Assembly: GCA_023444045.1 (NCBI GenBank)
Contig: JAEZRQ010000006.1
Location: 177,786-241,785 of the forward strand
Direction of reading: 5' to 3'
Length of the DNA stretch: 64,000 nucleotides
From: Candidatus Parcubacteria bacterium
Lineage (GTDB): Bacteria; Patescibacteriota; Patescibacteriia; Patescibacteriales; UBA12465
Every line of letters starts with the position of its first letter. Position 1 is the stretch's first letter. Under the pieces are notes generated by a model. That model did not search any database and was not told the DNA's origin. It saw only the letters and a program-made list of their open reading frames with translations. Shown here piece by piece: positions 63,104-64,000 of the stretch. The position numbers and the translations under genes are program-made.

Positions 63104-64000
63104 ATGCAAGATTTCTATATTATTAAGCTTCTTTTACTCTCAACTTGTGCTTTTTTATTTGCCGGTTTTTTAACTCCGCTGCTAACCCATTTTTTATATA
63201 AATATAAGTTAGGAAAAAAAATTAGAAACGGCGGGGAAACGCCAATTTTTAGTCAACTTCATGCTCATAAGGCCGGTACTCCAACTATGGGGGGAATTTT
63301 AATCTGGGGAACAGTCTTATTTTTTGCTTTATTATTTTATTTTCTAGCCCAGATTCTTCCAGGGGATATTTTTAAAAATTTAAACTTCTTAACTCGTTCT
63401 GAAACATTTTTACCACTAGGGGCTTTAGTGGCTTCAGCTATTATTGGTTTGTTTGATGATTGGTTGGATGTTAGGGGTAAGGGGGTTCTTGGCGGCGGCG
63501 GCTTAAAGATGAGACATCGCCTTTTAATTTACACTTTTATCGCTTTAATCGGCGCCATGTGGTTTTATTTTAAGCTAGATTGGACTGTTTTTCATGTGCC
63601 TTTCTTGGGTAATTTAGAAATTGCCTGGTGGTATATCCCGGTTTTTATCTTTATTGTGGTCGCTACTTCTTTCTCAGTTAATGAAACCGATGGCCTAGAT
63701 GGTTTGGCTGGTGGGACGCTACTAATTGCTTTTGCTGCTTATGCTATTATTTCTTTTGTAATGGGCCGTTATGAACTGGCAACCTTCTGCGGAGTTATTA
63801 TTGGTGCTTTACTAGCTTTTCTTTGGTACAACATTCCTCCAGCTCGTTTTTATATGGGTGATACTGGTTCTATGAGTTTGGGGGTAACCTTAGCAATTAT
63901 TGCACTGTTAACCAATAATGCCTTACTCCTGATTTTTATTGGTTTTATTTTTGCAGTAGAATCTTTTTCTGTAATTATTCAACTTCTTTCTAAAAAATTA
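63104..64000 (+). CDS. mraY: Phospho-N-acetylmuramoyl-pentapeptide transferase MraY (3' end beyond the window)
   Basis: Own translation from the ATG at 63104: MQDFYIIKLLL...HAHKAGTPTMGGILIW...VNETDGLDGLAGG. The frame is open to base 64000. Confidence 0.9.
   Translation, partial: MQDFYIIKLLLLSTCAFLFAGFLTPLLTHFLYKYKLGKKIRNGGETPIFSQLHAHKAGTPTMGGILIWGTVLFFALLFYFLAQILPGDIFKNLNFLTRSETFLPLGALVASAIIGLFDDWLDVRGKGVLGGGGLKMRHRLLIYTFIALIGAMWFYFKLDWTVFHVPFLGNLEIAWWYIPVFIFIVVATSFSVNETDGLDGLAGGTLLIAFAAYAIISFVMGRYELATFCGVIIGALLAFLWYNIPPARFYMGDTGSMSLGVTLAIIALLTNNALLLIFIGFIFAVESFSVIIQLLSKKL

Noticed and set aside
1-64000. A search for a reverse transcriptase (DGR or retron), transposases, cas genes, rRNA or intact tRNA genes
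   Set aside because: No ORF shows YxDD RT motifs, DDE/HUH transposase features (apart from the Rep described above) or Cas signatures. No intergenic region is long or structured enough for rRNA. No complete cloverleaf could be drawn by eye. A tRNAscan/Infernal run would be needed to be certain.

Overview
AT-rich, gene-dense bacterial window using the standard code: TGA ends ORFs, for example at 16582-16584. The gene content suggests a small-genome Patescibacteria/CPR-like organism, but that is inference only. It includes an archaeal-type ProRS, a class-2-like IleRS, many glycosyltransferases, an S8 protease with FG-GAP repeats and two MreB copies. All calls come from reading the sequence and ORF track by eye. 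No searches were run, and hairpin and repeat coordinates were hand-counted.

Layout:
- 1-7.4 kb: a mobile region. It holds a tyrosine integrase (open at the window edge), a Xis-like HTH, an HUH rolling-circle Rep, a GC-rich hairpin region (putative origin), a g5p-sized small protein and orphan ORFs. After these come three copies of a tRNA-3'-end-like att core. Two of the copies sit in a conserved ~202-bp arm, and they separate integrase-less orphan-gene modules.
- 7.5-17.9 kb: an orphan receiver domain with membrane proteins, a Ca2+ P-type ATPase with a CaCA exchanger, a patatin, and a Trx-TrxR fusion followed by G6PD.
- 18.0-21.2 kb: an islet that looks richer in G+C. It holds a HEAT-like ORF, an XRE regulator with a perfect 19-bp palindromic operator, two orphan proteins sharing an N-terminal motif, and a second Xis-like HTH behind phased TGACAC repeats.
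- 21.2-30.5 kb: a surface-glycan locus with a flippase, GT2/GT4 enzymes, FkbM, Gmd/Fcl and a priming sugar transferase.
- 30.5-58.2 kb: a long plus-strand housekeeping run. It contains holB, frr, rseP, hpf, secA, ileS, lemA-SPFH-htpX, U32, ruvA, proS, mreBCD, a PfkB kinase, rmlC-like/rmlB, a REC domain, a second mreB, a GT4, the S8 protease and a UXS-like enzyme.
- 58.3-62.6 kb: a minus-strand glycosyltransferase operon that begins with a degenerate PilB/GspE-like ATPase.
- 63.1 kb to the end: mraY, partial.

I recognised no rRNA, intact tRNA, CRISPR array, transposase or reverse transcriptase. The best candidate for something new is the left-end integrative rolling-circle element with its tandem att-flanked cargo array.
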